Shown here piece by piece: positions 17,793 through 25,786 of a stretch of DNA of 32,000 nucleotides. How positions within the stretch are numbered: position 1 is the first letter of the stretch; the number at the start of each line of letters is the position of its first letter. This stretch comes from Dehalococcoidia bacterium (lineage in GTDB: Bacteria > Chloroflexota > Dehalococcoidia > Tepidiformales > Tepidiformaceae): the NCBI GenBank assembly GCA_050247055.1, contig JBFWUX010000003.1:528115-560114 (forward strand), given 5' to 3'. Under the pieces are notes generated by a model. The model did no database searches. It was not told the DNA's origin and saw only the letters and a list, made by a program, of their open reading frames with translations. The translations under genes were made by a program, and so were the position numbers.

Positions 17793-18748
17793 CAACACTC
17801 ACCCCGGGACGGACGAGAACAGTACCGCAATGGTGGCGGGTGCCAACGACGATCCGTTGGGGCATCGGGTTGGCCTTCGCTGCCGCCATAGTCAGTGGGT
17901 TCTCCGTCTGGGTGAACTCCTATGCCGTGAAAGAAGTTCGAGACCCCGCCGTCTTCACCACGGCTAAGAACCTCACCGTGGGGTTGGTGCTCGTCGCCGC
18001 CCTCTTGAGTTCGTCCAGCAAACAAAGCCCACGTCCGCGCACGAAGACCCATTGGACAATGCTGCTGTCCCTCGGAATCGTCGGAGGAAGCGTTCCCTTC
18101 GTCCTCTTCTTCGAAGGCCTTTCTCAATCGGGACCTGGCAACGCTGCCTTCATTCAAAAGACGCTCTTCATCTGGGTTGCGATTCTCGCCGTTCCCTTGC
18201 TCGGCGAACGCGTTGGACGGTGGCAGGTCGCAGCGCTCGGATTGCTACTTTGCGCACAACTCCTAATCGGCCGACCGAGCTCGTGGGCACCTGGCCGCGG
18301 AGAACTGATGGTTCTCGCTGCAACCGCGTTTTGGACCGTCGAAACCGTCATCGCCCGGCGGTTGCTTCCCGAAGTCGGCGTACTCCTCGGCGCCACGACT
18401 CGCATGGGCCTGGGAGGAATCGCATTGTTCGCATACCTCACCGTCCAGGGAAAACTGGGCGCCTTCTTCGGACTTGATGCCGAACAGTGGCGCTGGGTCG
18501 TTTCCACCAGCGCAATCCTCCTGGTCTATGTGACCGTCTGGTACGCGGCGCTCAGACGGGCCCCTGCCACCGTTGTCACCAGCATCCTCACCCTCGGCGC
18601 CCCCATCACGGCGCTGCTCGCCACCTGGTCAGGCAAGCCCTCGCCGAGCGGCGAACAGATGCTCGGCTACGCGATTCTGGCAGTGGGATTGGCCGTTGTG
18701 GCCGTGGCAACCAGACCCGCGCACACCAGCCAGGCCGCCCTCGCATGA
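17789..18748 (+). CDS. EamA/DMT superfamily transporter (~10 TMS)
   Basis: Two repeated 5-helix halves of hydrophobic segments. RBS is GGAGGAGGA. ATGA overlap with hypC. Confidence 0.8.
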   Translation: MTTLTPGRTRTVPQWWRVPTTIRWGIGLAFAAAIVSGFSVWVNSYAVKEVRDPAVFTTAKNLTVGLVLVAALLSSSSKQSPRPRTKTHWTMLLSLGIVGGSVPFVLFFEGLSQSGPGNAAFIQKTLFIWVAILAVPLLGERVGRWQVAALGLLLCAQLLIGRPSSWAPGRGELMVLAATAFWTVETVIARRLLPEVGVLLGATTRMGLGGIALFAYLTVQGKLGAFFGLDAEQWRWVVSTSAILLVYVTVWYAALRRAPATVVTSILTLGAPITALLATWSGKPSPSGEQMLGYAILAVGLAVVAVATRPAHTSQAALA

Positions 18749-19485
18749 GTAACGACGGGCCCCTGCTCTTCGCTCGCTACGCGTTCAAGCCGAACGCACT
18801 GGGCTTTTGCGGAGGCGACGACGACCGGGCACTGTTTTCCTACGCGACGGAAAACACGATTGATCCGGGTCTCACGCAGCTCGAACAGCAATTCGAAGGC
18901 GCATACCCATACCTTCGATTGATAGCGCACGCGAATGGTCTTGCCGATCCCTTCGACCGCCGCGTTGTCGAGGCCTACTGGGTGGGCAACGAGTTGCTCG
19001 ACCGGATCGACATGGGATTACTTCACGGCTCGCTCGAGGAACGGTTCCGGGCCAGGACAACCAGACCAATGTGGGCCTGGCTGGCGTCGAAGGTCCCTGC
19101 CGGCGCACGACCCCACCACAGCTTCCACGTCTTCGAGGTCTATCCGCGCGCGGGAATGATGAAGTCCGGCGCCGTGGAGCATGCATTCGAGACCATGGAG
19201 CAGTGCCGCATCCGCTGGGGACGAGTCACCGACGTCCTGGGCCCAGATCTCATCGTCGAAGTCGAACCGCTTCGAGTGGTCGATGGCAACCTCACCCTTT
19301 GCCCGGCGGAAAGAGAAACCGTCAGGCGATGGGTGGACGGCAAAGGATTCGTCGATGACATCCAGCCGGGTCAGTGGGTTTCAATTCACTGGGGCTGGGC
19401 GTGCGACCGGCTTTCGTTGGCCCAGCGGCGACGGCTCGAGCGCTACACCAGGTGGCACATCACCCTCTGCAACCAAACGCTGTAA
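18745..19485 (+). CDS. Hypothetical protein with a C-terminal HypC-like OB-fold segment
   Basis: ATG 18745 overlaps the EamA stop (ATGA). The C-terminal 'EQCRIRWGRVTDVLGPDLIVEV ... QPGQWVSIHWGWACDRLSLAQ' parallels HypC 'MCIGVPGQI...A.V ... GQWVLVHVGFA' (recalled from memory). The N-terminal ~150 aa are unassigned. The longer 332-aa ORF was rejected. Confidence 0.7.
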   Translation: MSNDGPLLFARYAFKPNALGFCGGDDDRALFSYATENTIDPGLTQLEQQFEGAYPYLRLIAHANGLADPFDRRVVEAYWVGNELLDRIDMGLLHGSLEERFRARTTRPMWAWLASKVPAGARPHHSFHVFEVYPRAGMMKSGAVEHAFETMEQCRIRWGRVTDVLGPDLIVEVEPLRVVDGNLTLCPAERETVRRWVDGKGFVDDIQPGQWVSIHWGWACDRLSLAQRRRLERYTRWHITLCNQTL

Positions 19486-19489
19486 AGCC

Positions 19490-19564
19490 TGGTACCCCCG
19501 GCAGGAATCGAACCTGCGCACATGGTTTAGGAAACCACTGCTCTATCCGCTGAGCTACGGGGGC
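19490..19564 (-). tRNA. tRNA-Arg (anticodon CCT), CCA-encoded
   Basis: Manual fold of the reverse complement: acceptor GCCCCCG/CGGGGGT, D arm GCTC/GAGC, anticodon stem GTGGT/ACCAT with loop TTCCTAA, T arm GCAGG-TTCGATT-CCTGC, then ACCA. Confidence 0.9.
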
Positions 19565-19763
19565 ACGAAAAAGATGCTAGACTGAATCTAGATACAGCAG
19601 AGTACTGTTACGCCACGGATTTGCAACGGTCCGCACAGCGTTCATACAGCTGATAATTACGCGGAGGGCTAGCCGCCTGGCAAACTCGTCTTCGACCAAG
19701 AATTCTTCCCTTGCAAACACCTGGTCAGTCTACCAGACGCTGTTCACCGATCACCTCGAATCG

Positions 19764-20624
19764 GTGAACGCAGCCCCGGCGACCATCCGGACCTATCGTT
19801 TCGCCGTCGAACAGCTCGGGGCGTTCCTGCGGGAGCAGGGGCTACCAACAGACCCAAGGAAGGTGAAGCGCGAGCACCTCTCAGCCTGGATGCTTCATCT
19901 TCAGCGGCCACCCGACGCTGGCGGTCGGGGACTGGCCGCTCAGACCGCGCTCCAGCGCTTTCAAAGCACGCGTCAGTTCTTCAAGTTCCTGGAGGAGGCC
20001 GGCGATATCAAGGAGTCGCCGATGCTTAGGCTCAAACCGCCACGTGTCCCGGAAAAGTTGGTGCCGGTCATTGCCGACGACGACCTCAGGAAACTCTTCA
20101 AAGTGGTGTCGGGCACGGACTTCGAATCTCGCCGCGACAAGGCCATCATCTCGATTTTCGTCGACACCGGGATCCGCGTGTCGGAAATGGCCGGGCTCAT
20201 GCTCAAGGACCTCGACGTGGAGCAACGCGAGATCGAGGTCCTCGGAAAGGGGCGCCGTCCCCGGATCCTCCGCATCGTCAGAGAGACGCGCACCGACCTC
20301 TTGCGCTACCTCCAGGCGCGGAGCCTGCATCCGCACACGGACTCACCGGTTCTCTGGCTGGGAAAGCGTGAGCGGCTGACCGACAACGGCATCCGTCAGC
20401 TGGTCCGCCGACGCCAGGAACAGGCCGGCATCCCGAGGATTCATCCGCACGTCTTCAGGCACACCTTCGCCCACAACTACCTGAAGGGTGGAGGTTCTGA
20501 AGGCGACCTCGTGCGGATCACGGGGTGGAAGGACCGCCAGATGCTCGACCGATATGGGGCGAGCGTAGCCTCGGAGCGCGCCCGGGATGCGCATGACACC
20601 TACTCGCCCCGCAGAGGTTTGTAG
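19764..20624 (+). CDS. Tyrosine recombinase/integrase (XerC/XerD-like); the 5' end is uncertain
   Basis: Catalytic residues in context: 'DTGIRVSE' (Arg), 'GKGRR' (Lys), 'HVFRHTFA' (His-x-x-Arg), 'ITGWKD' and 'LDRYGAS' (Tyr). The frame is open upstream back to 19581. Confidence 0.85.
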   Translation: MNAAPATIRTYRFAVEQLGAFLREQGLPTDPRKVKREHLSAWMLHLQRPPDAGGRGLAAQTALQRFQSTRQFFKFLEEAGDIKESPMLRLKPPRVPEKLVPVIADDDLRKLFKVVSGTDFESRRDKAIISIFVDTGIRVSEMAGLMLKDLDVEQREIEVLGKGRRPRILRIVRETRTDLLRYLQARSLHPHTDSPVLWLGKRERLTDNGIRQLVRRRQEQAGIPRIHPHVFRHTFAHNYLKGGGSEGDLVRITGWKDRQMLDRYGASVASERARDAHDTYSPRRGL

Positions 20625-20761
20625 TTCGTCTCCACAAACGAACCTTCTGAGTTGCGGGCGAACCGTCCGCGACCGTTTGCGGACCGACGCGACAGGAGCC
20701 GTCGCGGCTGCGATCCACGATGTATCGACACTCGTGTCGGCCTAGTTGGCAGGAGAACTGG

Positions 20762-22549
20762 ATGAGCGATCTCAATGCAACCATCTGCACCGTCCCCACC
20801 TGGCCGGACTGGGTGTCCGCTAGCGCCACGCGTAACTGGTGCCTCAAGAACACCCTCCAGGATTGGTTGGCCCTCTATGGCGAATCCGCGGGCTTTGAGT
20901 CGGACCCCGAACCGTTGGTTGGGGCGGACTTCCGCTCCTTCATCTTCGAGAAGGGCCGGCAATTCGAGGCGCGCGTCGTGGAGTTGCTGTCGCAACGAAC
21001 TGAGGTCTTTCGGCCTCATGATCTCGCCGAGCCCTCTCGTTCCATAGAGGCTCGGGACGCGACGGTCGATGCAATGCGGCGCGGAGCGTCCGTGATTGCG
21101 CAGGGTGTGCTTTGGGAATCGGAATCGCAGACCTACGGCACACCCGACCTGCTGATCCGCAGCGATGTGCTCGAGTCGCTATTTCCGGATGCGATCCGGA
21201 AGGAAGAAGTTCTGATTGGGGCGCCAGCGCTCGGTCTCGACGCCTACCACTATCGAGTCGTCGATATCAAATTCACCACCCTCCAACTCGACCGCAATGG
21301 GCACGCTGCACGGGGCCACATGCCGTATCTCGTCCAGGTGTCCATCTATAACAACGCCCTGGGCAAAACCCAGGGCTTTCTCCCACCGCGGTCTTACCTC
21401 CTTGGCCGCAGTTGGTCGGGTGCAGGAAACACAGAAGGACGAGGATGCTTCGACCGTCTGGCACCAATCCCCACGAACCTCAGCTGGGACGACGGCACCC
21501 TGACTGAGTTCGTGACGTCGGCAACGTCATGGGTACGCCGTGTTCGTGCGGAAGGCGCGACCTGGCACCCTTCCGACGGACCGAGAGTACCAGAGTTGCG
21601 ACCGAATCCGGCAGAGGCCGACTATCCTTGGAGGAGCGCGACGAGGCTCATCGCCGAGCAGAATCGTGACCCGATCCTCGCCTGGCAGGTCGGGTGCGCG
21701 GCGCGCGATCTCGCTACCGGCCGCGGCGTTTCGGACTGGACAGACCCCAGGTTCAACGCGCGGATAGCAGGACTGGACGGCAGCCGCGCAGCCCGGCTCG
21801 ACCTGATCCTCGACCATAACCGCGCCGCGGATGGGCCAGTGGTTATCCCGGAGCGCATTCAATCCGAGCGCGAGCAGTGGATTCAGCCTGCGGAGGTAGA
21901 ATTCTACGTCGACTTCGAGACGGTTTCCGACGTCAATGATGACTTTGTCGGCCTGCCGGCCCGCGGTGGCCAGGCGATGATCTTCATGATCGGCTGCGGA
22001 CACTTAGAGGGTGGCGAGTGGACATACTCCTGCTTCACAGTGGACCGCCTCGATCCCCAAAGCGAGGTTGAAGTCATCGAGGCGTGGCTCGAACACATGC
22101 GAGTCGTCCAAGATCGGCTCGCACCGAATCTTGCCAAGCCCCTTGTCTTCCACTGGTCGCCGGCAGAGTCGAGCGGTCTGTCCACCGGCCTCAAATCGGC
22201 CAGAGCCAGGCACCCGGAACGTTCTCGCCATTGGGAAGAGCCGAACTGGTACGACTTCCTGAGCCGCGTCGTTCGTGCCGAGCCCGTAGTCGTCCGCGGG
22301 CCGATGGGCTTCGGACTCAAAGCTTTTGCCGGGTCTCTGCGTAGGCATGGACTGATTCAATCCGAATGGCCCGACAACGTATCGGACGGCCTTGGGGCGA
22401 TGGTTTGTGCGTGGACTGCCTACGCCGAGAGCGGTCGATGTGGTCGTCGAGTGTCGGAGCACGAACTCATGAAGTCGGTGCAGCAATACAACGAGGTCGA
22501 TTGCCGAGTGATGATGGAGGCAATTCGATATTTGCGAAGATGCCACTAG
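20762..22549 (+). CDS. RecB-like PD-(D/E)XK nuclease fused to a C-terminal RNase H-like (DEDD-type) domain, TM0106-family architecture
   Basis: 'GTPDLLIRSD' ... 'YRVVDIKFT' gives the PD...(D/E)xK motif. The C-terminal 'FYVDFET', 'VFHWSPAES' and 'YNEVDCRVMMEAI' give RNase H-like acidic motifs. ATG 20762 follows AGGAGA. Confidence 0.8.
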   Translation: MSDLNATICTVPTWPDWVSASATRNWCLKNTLQDWLALYGESAGFESDPEPLVGADFRSFIFEKGRQFEARVVELLSQRTEVFRPHDLAEPSRSIEARDATVDAMRRGASVIAQGVLWESESQTYGTPDLLIRSDVLESLFPDAIRKEEVLIGAPALGLDAYHYRVVDIKFTTLQLDRNGHAARGHMPYLVQVSIYNNALGKTQGFLPPRSYLLGRSWSGAGNTEGRGCFDRLAPIPTNLSWDDGTLTEFVTSATSWVRRVRAEGATWHPSDGPRVPELRPNPAEADYPWRSATRLIAEQNRDPILAWQVGCAARDLATGRGVSDWTDPRFNARIAGLDGSRAARLDLILDHNRAADGPVVIPERIQSEREQWIQPAEVEFYVDFETVSDVNDDFVGLPARGGQAMIFMIGCGHLEGGEWTYSCFTVDRLDPQSEVEVIEAWLEHMRVVQDRLAPNLAKPLVFHWSPAESSGLSTGLKSARARHPERSRHWEEPNWYDFLSRVVRAEPVVVRGPMGFGLKAFAGSLRRHGLIQSEWPDNVSDGLGAMVCAWTAYAESGRCGRRVSEHELMKSVQQYNEVDCRVMMEAIRYLRRCH

Positions 22550-22578
22550 CCCGGGTGGAGCGCGGTTTGCGAAGTTCC

Positions 22579-23256
22579 CTAAATTCCCGGTGCCAACCTC
22601 GTTCTTGTCGATCTTTCGTTATCCAAGACGCCTTGCAGCAGCATCGCCGGTATTTCTCGTTCAAAGGCCTCGGGCGTAATTTCGCCGTCCGGTCGAGCCC
22701 AGCGGAAGATTGAATGAACGGCGTTAATCAACGTGAGCCCGACCAGGCGTGGGTTCCTGCGACTGAACTCTCCGGACTCCATGCCACGGGCGACAATGCT
22801 CGTGAAAAGGTGGTCGTATTCCCTGTCGAGGGAGCGCAGGTACAGACGGTCCTCTTCCGGGATAGAAGCGGGTCGCCGAATTCGAATCGCCGCGTAGTCC
22901 ATCGGCTGCCAGCCTGCCCTCACCAGGTCCGCCAAAGCCTTGTGTAGCTGGCGGGCGGGTGCCTCGTCACTAGACGCGATTGCGTTCAGGCGATCCAGTG
23001 CGGCTCGATTTACCTGGTCGACCATCGCAACGTAGATCTCAGCCTTGCTTCGAAACTGGTAGTAAATGACACCCTTGGTGCAACCCATCTCGTCGGCGAC
23101 GTCATCCAACGTCGTCGCGTCATAGCCTCGTCGGGCGACCACCGACGCCATGGCAAGGAGGATCTGCTGTCTCTGAGCAAGCCGTTTCGCCGGGTTGAGG
23201 ACGCGATTGCCACGCAGGCCAGTCTGATGATGTGTGCGGACTTTGCCTCCGGGCAT
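22579..23256 (-). CDS. TetR/AcrR family transcriptional regulator
   Basis: The HTH is 'GYDATTLDDVADEMGCTKGVIYYQFRSKAEIY'. ATG 23256 is preceded by GGGAGG. A TTG at 23325 is the maximal ORF start. Confidence 0.85.
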   Translation of the reverse strand: MPGGKVRTHHQTGLRGNRVLNPAKRLAQRQQILLAMASVVARRGYDATTLDDVADEMGCTKGVIYYQFRSKAEIYVAMVDQVNRAALDRLNAIASSDEAPARQLHKALADLVRAGWQPMDYAAIRIRRPASIPEEDRLYLRSLDREYDHLFTSIVARGMESGEFSRRNPRLVGLTLINAVHSIFRWARPDGEITPEAFEREIPAMLLQGVLDNERSTRTRLAPGI

Positions 23257-23321
23257 CCAACCTCCCGACCGTTCGTTCTGGACTATTTTATCCCGCTCAA
23301 CTTGATTCACGCTAGGAAATC

Positions 23322-24347
23322 TCAAGCTGAATGAGACTGTCCGGAGTGCGCGCCAACCAGGTCTGGATGGCGTTTTGGGAATTCCTGGCTGAGACGGTAG
23401 GAATTAGCCAGGTAGCGCGGGTAGTTCTTGCGAAGGTGGTAGTTCAGCCGCCCATCGAGCTCGTTGAACACCATCTGGAACGAGGCATAGAGCCCCTGCG
23501 GGTTGCGTCGCAGCTTGCCCCGGTCGAGCGAGCTTAGCAGGTCGTCTGCGGCTTCTTCGGCCTCCATGCCTTTGTCGTGGCGGCGCTTCGCTTCCTCCAT
23601 CAGCCAGTGACAGGAGTCAAGCTGGTCTCGGACATCCGCCAGGTCCATCACGGGGCCGTGACCGGCAACGTACGCCTGGGCCTCCCACGAGGCTGCTTCT
23701 TCGAGGACGGCGATCACGTTCCCGAGTCCCGGGTACTGCAGGCTCTGGTAAGTACCCGCGCCGGTGATATCGCCGTAGTGCACCACCCCCACGTCCGGAA
23801 GATAAACCACCGTGTCGCTGGCGGTGTGACAGGGTCCGGCCTCGATGAGCTGGACCCGCTGGTTCCCGAACTTGAATTCGGTCCTGCCATTGAAGCTCTC
23901 GCTTGGCACCACCGGTTCCAGCCCGGAGAAGTCGAAGAAGTCCTGGAGGTTCCGCTCCATGGCCAGCTTGGCGTCACCGGTAAGCGACTCGATCTGTCCG
24001 AGCCATGCCTTCGGCGGCAGGTTCGCCATATAGTCTTCGACCGTCTCCGTGCAGATGATGCGCGTCTCGGTGAAGTTGTCCATGCAGGCGCCGTGGACAT
24101 GGTCGACGTGCCAGTGGGTCAATGCGAGAACGTCGATGTTCCCGGCATCCGGGTCGGCAGCCGCGAACGAGTCGAGCATGCGCCGTGTCATCGGGATGTC
24201 GCTCGTCGTGTCGATGAGCAGCGTCTCGCCTTCGGAGACCACGAGGGCCATGTTGTTGAATCCCCAGCCCCCGACCTGCGTATAGACATAAGCCCGGTCG
24301 CCGATTCGGCTGACGTGATTTGGCTTGAAATTGTCCCAATCTGCCAT
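23322..24347 (-). CDS. MBL-fold metallo-hydrolase
   Basis: 'LALTHWHVDHVHG' (HxHxDH) with downstream 'CHTASD' and 'AGHGP'. ATG 24347 is preceded by GAGGAG. Confidence 0.8.
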   Translation of the reverse strand: MADWDNFKPNHVSRIGDRAYVYTQVGGWGFNNMALVVSEGETLLIDTTSDIPMTRRMLDSFAAADPDAGNIDVLALTHWHVDHVHGACMDNFTETRIICTETVEDYMANLPPKAWLGQIESLTGDAKLAMERNLQDFFDFSGLEPVVPSESFNGRTEFKFGNQRVQLIEAGPCHTASDTVVYLPDVGVVHYGDITGAGTYQSLQYPGLGNVIAVLEEAASWEAQAYVAGHGPVMDLADVRDQLDSCHWLMEEAKRRHDKGMEAEEAADDLLSSLDRGKLRRNPQGLYASFQMVFNELDGRLNYHLRKNYPRYLANSYRLSQEFPKRHPDLVGAHSGQSHSA

Positions 24348-24381
24348 GGTGACGTCTCCTCGGTGTTGAATGGTGCTGTCC

Positions 24382-24939
24382 CTACTTTGTTGGTGGAGGG
24401 AACCCGGCACGGCCGGCCGGCAACTCCATCGCATTCGCGAAGAGCGTGCAGGCCAGCATCAGGTAGAACCCGACAAGGGCGGTGATATCGGTCAGACCTC
24501 GTTCGCCAAACTCGGCGCGAACGGCCTCGAGCGTGGCTTGCGAGACCCGGTGAACGTTCACCATCTCGCGGGTGAACTGTGCGACTGTTCGGTACCGCGA
24601 CGGGAACGCTTCGACATCTCCGCGCACCCCGATTGCGTCCACCAGCTCTTGTGGCACGCCCTCGCGTATCGCGGTCTCTGCGTGCGCGGCCCAGACAAAC
24701 TCACAGTCAAACTCGCGTGCCGCCGTGATGACGGCCAGCTCGAAGATGTCGTTGGAGAGTCCGGATTCGAACCTCAGGTAGGCGCCGAGGTTCGCGGCAT
24801 GGCGCGCGGTCTCCGGGGCGTGCATGAGGAGCCCCACCGGCGTCGTCACCGCGCCGCGGTTCTCCATGATCGCGTCGAAGACAGGCTGCACCTCGGGCGA
24901 AACGAGGTCTCGTTTGTTCAGGACTGGCAATCTAGGCAT
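24382..24939 (-). CDS. Carboxymuconolactone decarboxylase (CMD) / AhpD-like family protein
   Basis: 'ELAVITAAREFDCEFVWAAHAETA' is typical of the CMD-family helical core. 185 aa. Confidence 0.8.
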   Translation of the reverse strand: MPRLPVLNKRDLVSPEVQPVFDAIMENRGAVTTPVGLLMHAPETARHAANLGAYLRFESGLSNDIFELAVITAAREFDCEFVWAAHAETAIREGVPQELVDAIGVRGDVEAFPSRYRTVAQFTREMVNVHRVSQATLEAVRAEFGERGLTDITALVGFYLMLACTLFANAMELPAGRAGFPPPTK

Positions 24940-24948
24940 TTGGCCGAC

Positions 24949-25743
24949 TCACCATGTGCCGCGTGCGACCATGCCACCGTCCACGACCAGGTCATGTGCG
25001 TTAATGTATCCCGCTTCTTCACTGGCAAGGTAGAGAACCGCCTGTGCGCAGTCCTCGACAGTTCCTGCCCGGCCGACTGGTGTTGCATGCCCGAGATTCT
25101 CCGTGAGCTTCCTCATCTTCGCCCGTTCATGTTCAGGGTCGAGTCCCCTCGCCTGCGCCGAGCCTCCGTAGAAGATTGGAGTCGCTACTGCTCCAGGGGA
25201 AATCGCGTTGACGGTGATGCCGTCGGCGGCAAGTCGGATTGCCGCAGTCTTCGTAACGTGAGTTACCGCTGCCTTCGCTGCGCCGTACAGCCAGTCGCCA
25301 CTCGAAACGCGGATTCCATTAACGCTCGAGTTGTTGATGATTCTGCCCCACCTCTGTTGGCGCATGATTGGCACAGCGTGCTTGATTCCAAACAAAACGC
25401 TTCCGAGCAGGAGATCCATTCCGTAGTGGAACTGCTCGGCGGTCACGGACTCCATGGAGCCTGGGGTGCTGCCGCCGGCGTTGTTGAAAAGGATGTCGAC
25501 TCGACCGAAGTTGTCCCGCGCGTCACCAATGGTCCTGGCAATGTCACCCTCTCGAGTCACGTCCGCCGTGACGAACCGCACTCTCTGTCCCAGCGAGTTT
25601 GCGATCGCCTTTCCGACTTCGGTTCCCCGTCCGCAGAAGACTACGCTGGCACCCTCGTCGGCGAACAGCCGAACAGTGGCTTCCCCAATTCCGCTCGTAC
25701 CTCCCGTAATGACCGCAACCTTGCCTTCGAGCTTCGCCATCAT
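24949..25743 (-). CDS. SDR family oxidoreductase
   Basis: 'KVAVITGGTSGIGEA' (TGxxxGxG), 'NNAG', and a 'YGAAK' catalytic Tyr-x3-Lys. Confidence 0.9.
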   Translation of the reverse strand: MMAKLEGKVAVITGGTSGIGEATVRLFADEGASVVFCGRGTEVGKAIANSLGQRVRFVTADVTREGDIARTIGDARDNFGRVDILFNNAGGSTPGSMESVTAEQFHYGMDLLLGSVLFGIKHAVPIMRQQRWGRIINNSSVNGIRVSSGDWLYGAAKAAVTHVTKTAAIRLAADGITVNAISPGAVATPIFYGGSAQARGLDPEHERAKMRKLTENLGHATPVGRAGTVEDCAQAVLYLASEEAGYINAHDLVVDGGMVARGTW

Positions 25744-25786
25744 GTCCTCCTCGTAGTGATCGTGTCGTCCGTCGCCCCAGGTTCAG

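Larger units (their letters stand above)
19578..22549. mobile_element. Possible remnant integrative mini-island (tyrosine recombinase + nuclease) next to tRNA-Arg
   Basis: A recombinase gene is adjacent to a tRNA. However, it lies on the 5' side of the tRNA and I could find no att direct repeats, so the boundaries are nominal. Confidence 0.3.

Noticed and set aside
19181-19585. A 134-aa plus-strand ORF running across the tRNA gene
   Set aside because: It overlaps the better-supported 18745-19485 CDS in another frame and reads through the tRNA-Arg sequence. Artefact.
19565-22600. att direct repeats delimiting the recombinase island
   Set aside because: I looked for a copy of the tRNA 5' or 3' segment, or of the 19565-19600 spacer, near 22550-22600 and saw none. 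The island status therefore stays low-confidence. An exact computational repeat search is still needed.
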